Part shown: one piece after another, positions 12,719 through 25,948 of the stretch
Layout: each line of letters starts with the position of its first letter
Position numbering within the stretch: the first letter of the stretch is position 1
DNA from: Guillardia theta CCMP2712
Lineage: Eukaryota; Protista; Cryptophyta
Assembly: GCF_000315625.1 (NCBI RefSeq)
Contig: NW_005434620.1
Location: forward strand, 185,631 to 249,630
Direction of reading: 5' to 3'
DNA: 64,000 nucleotides
Program-made: the position numbers and the translations under genes
The notes under the pieces: generated by a model
Told to the model about the DNA's origin: nothing
Database searches by the model: none
Seen by the model: the letters and a program-made list of their open reading frames with translations, nothing else

Positions 12719-14028
12719 TCAACTTTCACATGCTCGTCTGACGAGAACGACGTCTATGATGCTTCTCTCGTCCTTGCTCACCCTCAAGAACCTCAGCGAC
12801 ACTTGACTCCCTTCCTCTCCTGCCAGCCCGTCAGCGATAAGGGGGAAGGCAACTGGATGGGGGAGAGGAGGAAGAGGAACGGCAGGGGGGGAGGTGGAGG
12901 AGGTGGAGGAAGGGGTGGAGGAGGAGAAGGTGGAGGTGGAGAAGGTGGTGGGNNNNNNNNNNNNNNNNNNNNNNNNNNNNNNNNNNNNNNNNNNNNNNNN
13001 NNNNNNNNNNNNNNNNNNNNNNNNNNNNNNNNNNNNNNNNNNNNNNNNNNNNCTCTCCACGTCCGTCCTCTTCCGCTCGTCCTCCATTTTCGCTTTCTCT
13101 TCTGCAATGCTATTCCTTTCTCGTTCCATCCTTGTCGTGTCTTCCTTGATCTTCATCCTCTTCTCCTCCACCCTCCTCCCCTCCTCCTCCACAGTCTCTG
13201 CAGTTCTCCTCTTCTCCTCTTCGACCATATTCTTCTCTTCCTCCACCCTCCTCTTCTCCTCCTCCACCCTCCTCTTCTCCTCCTCCACCCTCCTCTTGTC
13301 CTCCTCCACTCTCCTCTTCTCCTCCTCCATGCTCCTCGTCTCCTCCTCCCTCCTCCTCCTCTCCCCTTCAATCTCATCCACCAGCTCCGCATGTTTCTCC
13401 TGAAGCTGGCGGGACTCCTCCTCCACCCCCGTCAGCATCTCGTCCACGCTCATGGCTCTCCTCCTCCAGTACTCCTCCTCCCCACCTGCCTTCCAGCTCT
13501 CTTCGAACGACTCCACCATCAGCCTTCTCCTCTTGACCTCCACCTCCACCGTTCCACCAGTTTGCGGCCTCTCGAACTTCAGCTGGAGGGGAACCCCAGC
13601 AGCTCCCGAGCAGAGGCTCGTCAGGACCCCTAGGCTCCACTCGAAGACCGGCTGCTTGTCCACGGCCAGGAGTAAGTCTCCCACCTCCACCTCCAGCTGC
13701 TCTCCTGCTGCTGCTGCTCCGGCTCTTCCTCCACCTTCGGGTGCTTTCCCCTCGACTCGATCGACTCGAAGACGGCTCAGTCCGTCTTCTGACTTGTGAA
13801 GCTTGAGGACGATCCCAGCTCCCTGCTCCTGCTCCTGCTCCTGCTCTTGCGCCTGCTCCTTTTTCCTCCCCGTCAGGATCAAAGGAGAGCAGAACTGAGC
13901 ATCTTGCAGTCGGCGAATGTCCATGAGGAGGGAGGAAAGGAGGAGGGAGAGGGACGAGCCCTGCTCTTCGAGCCTATCAACGTGAGAGCTGAACAGGTCA
14001 AGCTCTGCTCTCCCTGTAGCCCTCTCAG

Positions 14029-14090
<62 letters not shown>

Positions 14091-17070
14091 GAATTGTGAA
14101 GTTGGTCGAGATTCCGTTGAGCAAGAAAGGGAGCAACCGGCGACATTCCTAGGCTGAAGTCTTGAGGTTCCCTTGGAAGGACAGGCTGAAGGAGGAAGAG
14201 GAAGAGGAGGAAGAACAAAGAGCAGGGAGAGGAGAATAAAAGGGACCAAGAGGAGTAGGGAGAGGAAGACAGAGAGAAGGGAGCGGAGGAAAGGAGGAGG
14301 AGGAGGAGGAGGAGGAGGAGGAGTAGGAGGAGGAGGAGGAGGAGGAGGAGGAGTAGGNNNNNNNNNNNNNNNNNNNNNNNNNNNNNNNNNNNNNNNNNNN
14401 NNNNNNNNNNNNNNNNNNNNNNNNNNNNNNNNNNNNNNNNNNNNNNNNNNNNNNNNNAGGAGGAGGAGGAGTAGGGATAGGACAGAGACAAGGGAGAGAA
14501 GGAAAGTGAGAAGGGGATAAAGGAGAGGAGGGAGAGGAGCGAAGGGCGGCAGAGGGAGAGGAGGGAGAGAGAGGGCAGGTCAGAAACTTTCACAGGAAAG
14601 GTTGCTCTCACCGTAGATGGCAGAGAAGTCAGAATCCTCGAGGAAAGAAGCTCCTCTACTGACGGATCTGAGCAAGGGACGTCACCTTGAACTCCCTCGT
14701 TGTTGCCCGGAACGCTCTTCAAGGTTTTCATAGGATGAACATCTCGAATTTCATGTGTATCTTCCTCCTGCATCGTAATCATCATTACGGTCATCATTGT
14801 CAATATCAATAATCATAGTCATCGTCATCGTCATTACCACCACCATCACCATCATGATCGTCATGATCATCATCTTCGTTATCATCCATCAAGAAATAAT
14901 ACCATGGCTGAAAGATGACAAACTTCGCGATGTTCCCCAAGCTGACAGCTCAACTCAAAAAACAGAAGAAGAGCAAAAACAGAACAATCACATCACTTCA
15001 CATCTCATTCATCCCCTCCCCTTCCCTTCCTTTTCCCTCCTCTCCACTCTTCTCTACTCTCTACTCCCCTAATCTACTTTCCTCCCCCCACCCCTTCCCA
15101 TCTCCTCCTCTTGTCACCTCCGTGAACGACGGGTCGTTCAAGCTCATCCAGTGGAACTCCAGCCCTTGCTTCACTTCTGCGAGGCAACTCCAGAGCTCCT
15201 TCACGCCCTCCTCCTGCTCCTCCTCGCCCCTCCTGCTCCTCCTCGCCTGCTCCTCCTCTTCCAGCAACTGCACGACGCTCTCCACAATCTTCATCCTCTC
15301 CATCGCATCCTTCAACCCCGTCCTCGCCAGGCTCGTCCGACGCCGCCAGACCTCCAGCTAAGGTGAGAGTGGTGAGAAAGAAAGACGTCAAGTAACGCTG
15401 GCGGCCACCTCGGACTGAAGGGACACGCTCCTCTCCTTGACCGCTTGCATCGCGTCGGACAGGTCAGACCTCTGCTGCTGCTGCTGCTCGACCTCCAGCT
15501 CGAGGTCCTCGATGCGCCTCTGCTGGGCCAGGAGCTGGTGCTGGAAGCTCTCAATCTGTTGCAAGCACAACTCAGCAACAGCAGTCAACCGGGAGCTCCC
15601 CCTCACACACCTCTCTTGCAGAGCTTGCAATCCTGGCTACCAGCTCCTTCTCCTTCTCCTCCAGCACCTCCTCCACCCTCCGCTGCCCTTCCCACGTCAC
15701 CAGCAGGACACTTGCGAGGACCATCATCGTACCGCCTGTGCTGCGAGCGTCGAATCTCGAGAACTCTCAGCCCTCCTCTTCTCCTGCCACAAGAGCTCAC
15801 GGAACCTTTCGGCTCTCACAGGAGTTTTGGTTGACCAGGAGCTGAGAATCAAGGGATCGGACCCGAGCTGAAAGTTCGTCGATTTCAATCTGAGGAGCTC
15901 GTGAGGAGGGGGGGGGAGCAGAGAGCAAGCGAAATAAACCTTGTCCTCGTCTCGCTTACGCAGCAAGCTCGCCATCTCAATCTTAGTTTCTTCGAGCTCT
16001 TTTTCTGATGAAGTTTGTAAACGGCGGTTGAACTTCCAATAGAAATCTTGTACCTTTCGTCGCCAGCATTGCTTCCCATTCCTTCTCAAGCTTCCGGGAA
16101 TTCTGTTTGACCTCGCGGAGCTTGTTGTTGCATTCTACCTGTATAAAAGTCTGAGGACAAGAAGAGCAAGGCAGGAACAGGAGGAAGAGGAGGAGAAAGA
16201 GGAAGAGGAGGAGGAGGAGGAGGAGCAGCAGCAGGATGAAAGTGAGCCGATTGTTGACACCTGTACTGCAGCGATCTTCTCGACCTGCAACGAATGTGCC
16301 TCCTGCACTGTCTGTCTGAGCATGGAGTTCTCTTCCTGCAGCTGCGAGGAAGCAAGGGTCTCATCCTCTGCCATCTCTCCGCTGCTCACTTCGCACCTTG
16401 AGGATGGTTTGACTGGCGGCTTCCGCTTTCTCCTTCCATTTCGCCTCCTCCTGCCTGCAGCGAGACTTTCAGCGAGCACGCGGCAATGGAGGAGGAGAGC
16501 GCTTTCCTCCTGTATCTTCTCTCTCCTTCAAGCTTCTGCTGGAGATCTGACTGCAGACTGTCCGGCATACCACCTTTGATCTTACTGGCCAACACCGGGG
16601 AGGGGCCGCTATGCTCGACAGCCCGGACGGGCGCTGGGTCGTCCTCTGCCCACTTAGATGTGATGTTAGAGTGGAATAGAGAGATTGCGAGGTCATGAGA
16701 TGCTCACTGGCCAGATGCTTGAGGAAAGGTTCAACATGGAGAGGATGGAATCGTCCCGTCGAGGTGTGCTGCTCGCCTCCTTTGTTGTGTTGGAGGACAG
16801 CTCTCGCCCCTCGCTCTCAGCTTGTCGAGCAGGAAGGCTTCTTTCCATATCTGCCTCCATCCTGCGTCCCTCTCCTCGCGCAGTCTGCGCCCCGTCGCGA
16901 TCCCTCCTGCTGGTGAGCCAACCACGATCTCTTGTGAAGGAGGGGGAAGCTGAGAGAGGAAGGGGAGAGCCAGGGGAGGAGGAGGCATGAGGAGACGCGA
17001 GAGCCTTCGCTTGTCCTCGCTCATCGTCTCTCCTCCTCCTCTCCGTCAACGCATGCAGCACATGCGTCAT
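12719..17070 (-). CDS. Large coiled-coil protein with PDZ domain(s); interrupted by two N gaps
   Basis: PDZ-like GAGIVLKL..VGDLLLAVDKQPV..LCSGAAGVPLQLKFER at 13570-13830; end of a second PDZ (GEEGSQVSLRFLR) at ~12780-12820; EEEKRRV heptads. Confidence 0.65.
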
Positions 17071-17502
17071 GCCCTACCGACACAGCTCTCCCATTTCTGG
17101 AGCGGATTGACAAGATCTGAAACATGGTCGGGGGTAGGGTTCTCATGGTAGGGGTTATTTTACCAGAGAACACAGGCATTTAGTAGGTAGGGGTAGGTAT
17201 AATCGGATGTTCCGGGGGGATAGAAGTGAGTCGCACAACACTTGTATTTCAATAATAAAACAAAAAATGCTTTTCATTTTTGTACCATTCTCAATCAATC
17301 GCAGTACAAAAAGCTAAACAGGAATCTGTACCAGTTTTCATCCATAAAAATGTTTTTCAAAATTCCTCGGTACGTAAGGAAACTTGAGTAAACTACATGG
17401 GTCAACAAAACCTGTACCCTCCCGTGAAAACTTGAAATCTAGCCTCGGGGTTTGAAATCATTTTCGGGCTACTCAAAACTTGACCAGTCTTCCCATGTGT
17501 TG

Positions 17503-20246
17503 TCAATCCTTGTCACCGCGCCGGCAGAAATGGCGGAAGTAGCTCTACAGGAACATGCTCCCGTTACCGCCGTCTCCTCCTCCTCCTCCTCTCCTCCCAC
17601 CCTCCCTCCCCACGTACCTCGAGCGAGTCCACTCCCTCCTCCCGCAAGGCCTCCTCGTTGTGTGCCCGGATCCGCTCTGCGCATGTTCACGTCAGGGTGT
17701 TTGACGAGTGTGCGGGATCGTCTGCCTGCTGTGTATCCGATCTTGACTCCCCTGGGATATGAGACAGCGTCAGGATGAGACTGAACAAGAGTGTGCGGGA
17801 ACCTGTCTATCGCCTCCGTTCTCAGGAGATTGATCATCTGAACGTCAACTGCTGTCAAAGATATGAAACATCCCACGAAGGAGCAACCGGGAAAGGAGCT
17901 CTCTTCTCGTAGTTCAAGTATGCTTCCTCCGGCTCCAGTCCTGCACGGAGTGAGCACTCCAAGCAGGCAGTAGGGCATGGCGCACCCCCAAACTCGAACT
18001 GAGGGTGGAACGCAGCTATCAAGACGTGCTCGCCAATCTCGTAAAGTTCTCCGTTCTCAAGTTCGTCCTCCATGACCTGACATGGATGGTCATCGAGCGC
18101 CAAGATTGCGGTGCAAGCACCTCGCTGAAGTCGTTCCAGTCAAGAAAGTCAGGGTAGAGGTTGGGAAACGCGAGGATGGTGGTGGGTAATTCCTGGAGGC
18201 AGGTCAGGGCGCCACGACGACAGTGTTGGTGTTGTTGGAGATGGAGGAGGCTATGGGGATGATGAGGAAGAGGGGGAGGAGAAGAAGGTAGAGGAGGAGA
18301 AGGCAAGAGAGAGAGGGGGAGGGGATGGGAGGAGGGCGATACATCCTCTGGCGTGTCGATCAGCATCTTTGCTGCTCTTGGTGTTAACCCGTACGCAGTA
18401 GCTGGCAGGCAGAACCTTCTTCGATGAAGAGATCTTTGGCGTCCTCCTCATCGGTGATGTCCTCCCTCACGATGATCCTTCAAGCTCGCGTCAGGATTAC
18501 TCGAGCCCGCCTCGAACGAGCAGAGGACCTGATCCTGTCGATGACTCCGCTCGCCCAGGGACAGAGGCCTAGACGCACCTGATGGGCAAAGAGGAGGCAC
18601 GTTTGTCGTCACGAGGAGCTTAGGACGGACATAGCCTGTTAAGTTCTCTGCTTACCACATGTTGAATAGCCCATTCACGGATGAATCGAACATTCTCATC
18701 GCTATCCGCGATCATTTGTTCACGATTTTCTTGCACTTCCTCGCCTTCTTTCTTGGCTTCCTTGCTTTCTTTAGAATTTTGGAGTTCGCTTGTAAACGGG
18801 TCAGTGACAGGATTGCCAAGGCAGAGCCCAAACAAACCGGTTAACTAGGTTGGATATCGCAAAGATTTGATCGTAAGGAATCGGAGCGGGAGCTTTCGTC
18901 GTCTTCTCCTGCCCCTCCGACGATGCTGACTCTGGGAATGGAAGTTCACCCCAATGGTATCAAGAAAGAAGAAATAGACTCCATCTCACTTGCAACTGAT
19001 CTCTTGTTCGCCATGGATGACGATATCGCATCCGATGACGCCTTGAGCTCAAACTCCTGAGACCATTGCGGTCATGGACGACTCATTGTGAAGATCAACA
19101 GAAGCACATCAGCAGACGTCTGAGCAAGAAGCTTCTCGTGAGGGAAGTTGATGTAAAGCTCTTCGTAGGCTGCCAGTTGTCGGCGAACCTGCGGAGAGCA
19201 GCAGGGGAGGTCACCGGATTCTTGATGATTCACTTCTCCTCACCTCCTCCGCGGGAACCCCCTCCTCGTCCTCAACAGATGTTAGCACCCGTGCGCGTAA
19301 CATAATGAATTTTCATACCATGGGAGGTGAAGTTTTCCAGACCTTCTTCTTCTGGTTCCACCTCACGTCCTTCACGTCCTGCAAACTGTCAAAACCTAAA
19401 GAAATATCGTTCATCCTCCCCTCTCCCATGACTTCCTTGCTCTGTTGCTCTCGGTCTCTCTCTCTACCTGCATCCCCTCGCATCCTCCTGTGTCGGCGGT
19501 CCAAAACCTCTCCGTCTTCCCTTCTCCCCCGTCTCCCGAGGCCGGAGGGTCACCCGGACGCACAACCTCCGCGTTCCACGACTGGGAGCACAAGGATCAG
19601 ACGAAGAGGAGGACGGCATTCGTGAGTTCGCCACCTCCGGTGTCTTCATGATCCTAGGAAAGAAGGGGTAGACTCGACACTGCGCGGGCCTGTGCTCGTA
19701 AACACTGCAGGTCTTCTTGTCCTCCGAGAGGAACACGCATCCCTGGGAGCCCCCGGGCAGGCTCCTGTCCTTGAGGAGGAGCCAGCCGTCCACCTCCATC
19801 TTCCCAAAGCTTGCCACTACTTCCTCCCTCGTCATGGCGAAGAACTCCATCAAGCCTGCGACCTCCCCAGGAGCACACCATACGTCCCCGTACACCTGAC
19901 AGCACTTGCCGCACCCTGTGCAGGCGAAGGGAACCTGCCCTCTGGCTTCCCACCAATCCTCTTTCCCTGCTCCTGCATGGAGCACGTGGAAGCTTCTCCT
20001 GCCGACAGACACCTCGCGGGTCACGGGAGGAGACTGGTGAGGAGGTCGAACCAAGAGCGCGCCAGATGAAAGCGGGTGTGAGCAGGAACGGGGAGGCAGG
20101 AGTGGTGGCGGTGGAAAGCATGGCAGAGGGGAGAGGAAGCATGGGAGAGGAAGAGTGTGTGTGTGTGCATGAGAGGATGAGGATGGAGTTACGCACAACA
20201 GCGCCATGCCCAGCGCCATGAGCGACCCCACCGCCGGCCTCACCAT
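17503..20246 (-). CDS. YkgJ/CxxCxxCC cysteine-cluster domain plus DUF1415 domain, probably one spliced gene with an N-terminal signal peptide
   Basis: FACTGCGKCC..GCVFL..CSVYEHRPAQCRVYPF..GGCEGM at 19470-19935. VRLGLCPWA, AAFHPQFEF, NYEKRAPFP/MINLLR, RIRAHNEEALR at 17620-18580. Exon chain runs between them. Confidence 0.75.
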
Positions 20247-20355
20247 GTGCATAAATAACAATAATGCGACCGGTCGTGACTAGTCGAGTTCAGAGCTCGC
20301 CTCAGGCACTGTCTGTACCCTCATCCCCATGATACCCCCTCTCTTAAAGGAAAGG

Positions 20356-21450
20356 ATGGCGCCGAGACATGCTGGGGCGCTAGGAGCGCTGCTCCTCTTG
20401 TTCTGCTCCCCCTGCAGCTCCTTCCGCATTCCAGCCCTCTTCAATGGCAGACAAGTCATCGGAGTCACCAGGAGACAGCACAGCTCTCCCCTCATGTTGA
20501 TGAAGACCCCTCAAAACGTACCCATGAAGGACTCTCGGGGTTTTCTTTCCTTCGTGAAACGTGGTCGGATGCTGATTATGGGCAGGAAACAACATCGGAG
20601 ATAGTCGCTATACCACGAACTATGCAGAAGATCTGAAGCCAGAGGTGCTGCTGTCTCGCATGGCTGTATACTTCTATCGCATGCTCGCTGAGAACATAGA
20701 AAGGTAGAGGAGCTACCTCCTGGAACAAGCGAGGAATTCTTGAGAGACGTTGCTCAGAGGTGAGAGGGAACGCACATCAATAGAAATGTTGAAGCTCATT
20801 AATCTCCTTGCCTAGACTGAAGAGTTCCCCATTGGTTCGAGACTTGGAAAGCGGAAGGATCAAGTTTCGTAACAGTGTCGTCGGAACGGAGGTATCCAGA
20901 ACCAGGAGCTCTCGAAAGCCACGATCTGACATGGAAATTAAGGTTGTCGACTGGATGGTCAAACAAAGAATCGCCAAGGACAGGAGGGTAGCGGTAATAG
21001 AACATCATGAGACTTCTGCACAAATCCCTGGTCCTTCTCAACTCACAGATACGGAAAGGTGGCGTATGGAAGACAGCTGATCCGTCTGGCTGAGATCGTT
21101 CACTGCACCAGAGGGCATGACTTCAAGGTGGGTTGAACACGTACGCTCCGAAGCATTTGATTCACTTTTGTACAGGACGAAGAACTCTTCTATCGTTTCG
21201 TATCTGACTACGAGAAGGGGTAGGGCTAGTTTGCGAATTGAAGGGTTCTCATGCTAACAATGCTGCTAAGTTTGATCAATCCCAAGACTCCTTACCAGTA
21301 CGCGATGAGGGTGAGCATCTATTTGTATCAAAGATTCCTCCCTGACTGTCTGTTTTCCCTAAGGTCCTCTCAACACCTCCCATCCTGTTTGCCGGCATCG
21401 TTGCCTTCCTAGTCATTGCTAACATTGCATACCTGTTCAAATCACCTTAA
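20356..21450 (+). CDS. Putative plastid-targeted DEP-domain protein with a C-terminal transmembrane helix
   Basis: Signal peptide ending CSS-F then transit-like sequence. Spliced FRNSVVGTEVVDWM..RRVAVAYGRQLI..IVHCTRGHDFKDEELFYRF matches DEP consensus. TM ILFAGIVAFLVIANIAYLF, then TAA at 21450. Confidence 0.7.
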
Positions 21451-21584
21451 AAGTCTGGAAGTGATCCACTTGCATCGAGTTCTGCAAGCACTTAATAATC
21501 TTACCGCGCTCACGTTCAAAGATAATCAAACGAATAAAGCTTTATTTACAATTGATTCAAGGTATTTACACAAATATGTCATGC

Positions 21585-22211
21585 TCAGATCTGCTGAGCC
21601 TGAGCCATGGTTGACGACACATGGGGAATGTGGGGGATCCCTCCCATCTTTGCAGGCATGCTCGACGGCATCTTAGGAGCCGTTGACCCCTGTAGGTTGA
21701 GCGAGACGTGGCTCTTGTCCCTCATGTACCTCGGGATGTAGTGCTTGAAATGATTCTCCGCACTGTAAACATCCAGATGGGGTTTCCCAAGCAAGTCCTC
21801 AGTAATCCTGTGATTTGGCATCATGTAAACCCAAGGCTTCATTGTCATAGCTGTGTGGATGAGACCAGTATCCCTCTGATGAGGGCAGAGTGTAAGATCT
21901 TCGATTTCAACCTGTTCTCTTGTGTAGTACTTAGGAACACCCTCCAGCTCGTCGAGCTTCGCCAGCATCTCGTTGTCCACTGCGTACAGCTCACCCGAGA
22001 CCTGGGATCCCATGCCAGGTGCCTGAAGGAGGAAGGGCACGTAGTACTCATCGGTGATGAGGGGTAGGCATGGTTTCGTCTTTGCTGCACCGATGTAGTT
22101 TGCACCACGGATCACTTTAGAGTTGTAAAGGCCTCGCTTCAAGGTCCCGTACACAAACACTAGGTTGAACGCATTCATGGCGTTAGCTACCAGACCACCA
22201 TTGCAAATCAT
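21585..22211 (-). CDS. Gamma-glutamylcyclotransferase, AIG2/GGACT-like; intronless
   Basis: VFVYGTLKRG, VSGELYAVD..LAKLDELEG..YTR motifs. Confidence 0.9.
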   Translation of the reverse strand: MICNGGLVANAMNAFNLVFVYGTLKRGLYNSKVIRGANYIGAAKTKPCLPLITDEYYVPFLLQAPGMGSQVSGELYAVDNEMLAKLDELEGVPKYYTREQVEIEDLTLCPHQRDTGLIHTAMTMKPWVYMMPNHRITEDLLGKPHLDVYSAENHFKHYIPRYMRDKSHVSLNLQGSTAPKMPSSMPAKMGGIPHIPHVSSTMAQAQQI

Positions 22212-24699
22212 CTCGATGCCTTTTTTCTGTTGATGTAGATGTCACTGAGTAGATAACTTGTCTTGCTTGTCTGTCTGTTTTCCCTCTCTTGCTCTCTATC
22301 TCTCCTCTTGTTTCGTCTTGTTGACGGCGCGCTCCTCAGATTGTTATCTTGATGTGGTGGAACTTGCGGATCGACAGGGGACGACCTTTCTTGAAATAAC
22401 CTCGCACTCTTTCTCCAGTTGGCGGGATAATTTCAATGTACAATAGAGTTTTCACGCCAACTGTGAAAACAAATCTAATTCCATCCCCTTTTGTCGTCTC
22501 CTGCAGTACTGTTCAATGATTCTTACACGACAACTTGAAGTTGGCATGTAAAGAACCAGTATGAATCTTCAAAATTACGCCAACGTTGATAGCCCCTATC
22601 TCTTTTTTTCCTCGAACACCAGCATGCACAGGTCAACAGTTGACCCACCCTCAAATCACCCCAGGATTTTCCCCACCCCCCTATGCACCTCCCACTACCC
22701 CGTATTGTGGTCCCCACATCCAACGTACCGCCCCCTGATACGAGACCATGATACAATTAAGGGTTCATTCGATTAAATACACACCTTCTGCCCAATGGTA
22801 CGTAAAGGTTCTAACAGGCAACAACCCCTACCCCCATGGATGCCTTTGAGCTAGACCGCCCCATCAAGGCAAAGGTACGAAATGGGTACCCCACCCCCTT
22901 GCCCCTTGAAGTCCCCCAGAGCCTTGGGAAGGATGGGGAATCAAGGGAAAATACATTTAAATATTGCTATATAATAACGGTACGAGGATAGTAGAGGATC
23001 AATACAAATCAATTATGATTATCCAAAGTGTATATGAACACACAATATTTTTCGTAGATTTCGTTACAAAATGTCTCAAATATCTAATTATTAAAAAGTG
23101 ATTTTTGGTACAAACTTTACTATATTGAATCACTTTATAAATTATAAAAATATTTTTTCTACGAGTGAAAGCGAGTGGTACAGCCGTGGTACAGATTGCT
23201 GGAGACGTGCATCTCTAAATGCGGATGGAGGATTGATATAGGCCACACTACCGGTACAAAGTCCAAATTTCTGCTTATAATCGGTCCGGGTGGGGTGGTC
23301 ACCATGGCCCAACATAGAATTGACGGGACAGGAGTGAACCTTTGTCGTCACTTTCCAAATATACAGATAAATTTTGAATTCTACCGAAAATATCGCAAAT
23401 ATTTAGCAGGTAGAGTGGGTCAACACTCCAAGGTTTCAAAAGCTGAAAACTCGTAGCTCTTGAGAATCGAGTCCTTTGATCAAAGGCTACAAGATTAGAG
23501 CCTTCCATCCTCCCACGTATCGGCTTACTTCCGGCGTGTCATCAAGACTCCAACCGTTGAGTTACAGAGTCCCAAGTCATTGCTTTACTTCGGCTCCAGT
23601 TTGACCACATTTTGACCAAATTTTTGACCTCCCAGCTGACCAGCAATCTTGGTACACCTGGAGATTTGACAGGTTTTGACCGCTAGTTGACTGATCTGCA
23701 GGCTTCAAGCTCGGTTGACGCACGGTTCCGATCACGGCCGCAGTTAACTTAAAAAATTGTCCTCCCTGATTTGAGTGAATGGCAACCCACGGGATGGCCG
23801 GAGCCGGCCCAGCCCGGGGCAAAGGCTAACCTCGTCATTGAGGCGGGCCGGTAATATTTTGAGTTAAATATTTGAAGTTGAGTAAAGAATCACGACGAAG
23901 AGACAACGACATGCTCTGGGGCTGGAGGGAGAAAGAAACGGACAGAGGAGAGAACGCGAGGGAGGGCGAGGAGAGGAGGATGAAGATCAAGTTGTAGAGA
24001 AGAAAGATGCACGATATATGGGTGGAAAGAGAATGGTGAAGGAGGGCTCCGAGGGCATGGAGGGAGAGATAAAGAAAAGAGAAGCCCAGGAATCAACATG
24101 GAGGGGCGAAGGTATAAACGATTGAAAGGTGAAATAAGGAAAGGTAAAGGAGAGAAAATGAGAATCACAAGGACGAGATGAGGGAAGAGTGGAGGATCAG
24201 AGAAAGGTACACGATGAAAAGCGGATGAAAATTAGCTGGCGGGGCTTCGTGGTTGCGAGGAGTAATGGTATGTAGGATAATGCTATTTCGGAGAAGATAT
24301 GAACAATGCCAGAGAGAGAGATATTGCGTGGAAGAGACCGATTATCAGGGAGAGAAGGAGCACCTGGTAGCAAGATAGAGAACTGGGGAAAGGTTCATGG
24401 CATGGATGTGCTATAATAGCTGATGTATGAGAAATAGCTGGTACATGAGGGGAGGAGCTGCTGTATGAGAGCTTCTTGTGACGTCATACCGCAAGTGTGA
24501 CGAGTAGACTTATACGAAGCGATGCCGCACGTGGAGTGCAAGAGCGATTTTTTCAACACAAAAGCACTGATAATGATTCATCCAGCTAGATCAGCCCTGC
24601 ATCGGTCGCTCAGGCCTCAGACCATGGTTGCTAACCGAGGTAGACGTTTTGTGTGGCAGCCTCCATCATCAAGGCTGACGGGCCCCCGCAGGAACCTTC

Positions 24700-25678
24700 A
24701 TGTTTCTCGGGGACAGCAGCAGCAACCTTCGGGCTGTAAGGATTGCGGTCTTGTTCTCATGTATGGCAGCCGCTCTCGTACTGGTCACGCTCGGGGGCAG
24801 GGATCCCGTCTTCCTTGAGAACGGTATAGACGAGGATATGAAGACGGCCGTGGACAAAATCATGGCACGCCCAACAGAAGAAGATAACAGCGCCAAGACC
24901 GTCGCAACGCATGAAGCAAGAGCTGTGAAAGGCGACTTGATGATGGAAAGGGATCTGATCAAGCACATGAAGGTGAAGGCAAGTGCTATGGTCTCCTGAA
25001 CTCACTCGCCTGCTCTCTGCAGATGGTTCGCGCACAACTGGTGAATGGAGAGCCCATGGGCACGAAAGACATCGAATCTCAAATCAAGTTTCTCAAGGAG
25101 GATATCGACTTCCTCCTTCTCAACCCTGAGTCTGCGGGGTATACCAAGATCCCGTATGACAGCAGGAAACGAAGGCTGGAGCTTGCGCAGCGGATAAAAT
25201 CACTTGTCGACTACTTGCAGTATCGTCTCGTCACCGAGCATGGGTGCAGCATTCACGCTGTTCTCAACGATGGGAGGTGCATGCCTGACCCTCTGCCCAA
25301 CAAGCTGCAGGGAGACTGGGAGCAAGAAATGTACGGCAACTCCTATCGTGCGTATCAGCCCTACTACTACGCTCAAGGGCTCGCGAATGGAGCGTACCCT
25401 GGAGGATTGGCAGGAGGAGGAGGAGGAGGAAGCACAACCAAGACTGTGGGCACGGAGATCAAGGCTAATGGCAAGAATAGGTGAGCTCCGGCCCTGTCTT
25501 GCCTCTCAAGTTTCTGACGCTTCGAACGTACAGCCGCAACGACTTTGTCATTTTTGGTGGGCCTGTCAGCGTGAAGTTTCCTGCTCCTGCTCCTGCGTAC
25601 ACTACCATTGTCTCAGGGATGCCGGGAGGGCAACCCATGGGCTCGCTGCTGCAGCCAGGGCCTGGCATTGGGCGGTGA
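24700..25678 (+). CDS. Hypothetical type II membrane protein, multi-exon
   Basis: N-terminal TM (IAVLFSCMAAALVLVTLG), in-frame exons across short introns, Gly/Pro/Tyr-rich tail. Confidence 0.5.
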
Positions 25679-25875
25679 AAGTGTGGGAGTACTGTAGAGT
25701 AAACTGTTTGAACCCGGCAGCCTTCCCGCAGAGTGAAAGCAACTATCATGGCATGACAGCAGGGTCTGTCTCTGCAAGTGTTCACACTACTGTTACCGCC
25801 TCAACAACTGAACTGTGGCCCGGCCGTTGAACGTCAGTGACGCGGTGCATCACCCTGAAGTCGGATTCGGCTAAG

Positions 25876-25948
25876 CAAGCTTCTGATTCGACTAACCAAG
25901 CTTCTGATTCGACTAACCAAGCTTCTGATTCGACTAACCAAGCTTCTG
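25876..25948. repeat. 21-bp tandem repeat (CAAGCTTCTGATTCGACTAAC), about 3.5 copies
   Basis: Read directly from sequence. Confidence 0.9.

Noticed and set aside
24973-25022. GC-AG intron with GCAAGT donor
   Set aside because: An in-phase GT donor lies 6 nt upstream, so non-canonical splicing is not required.
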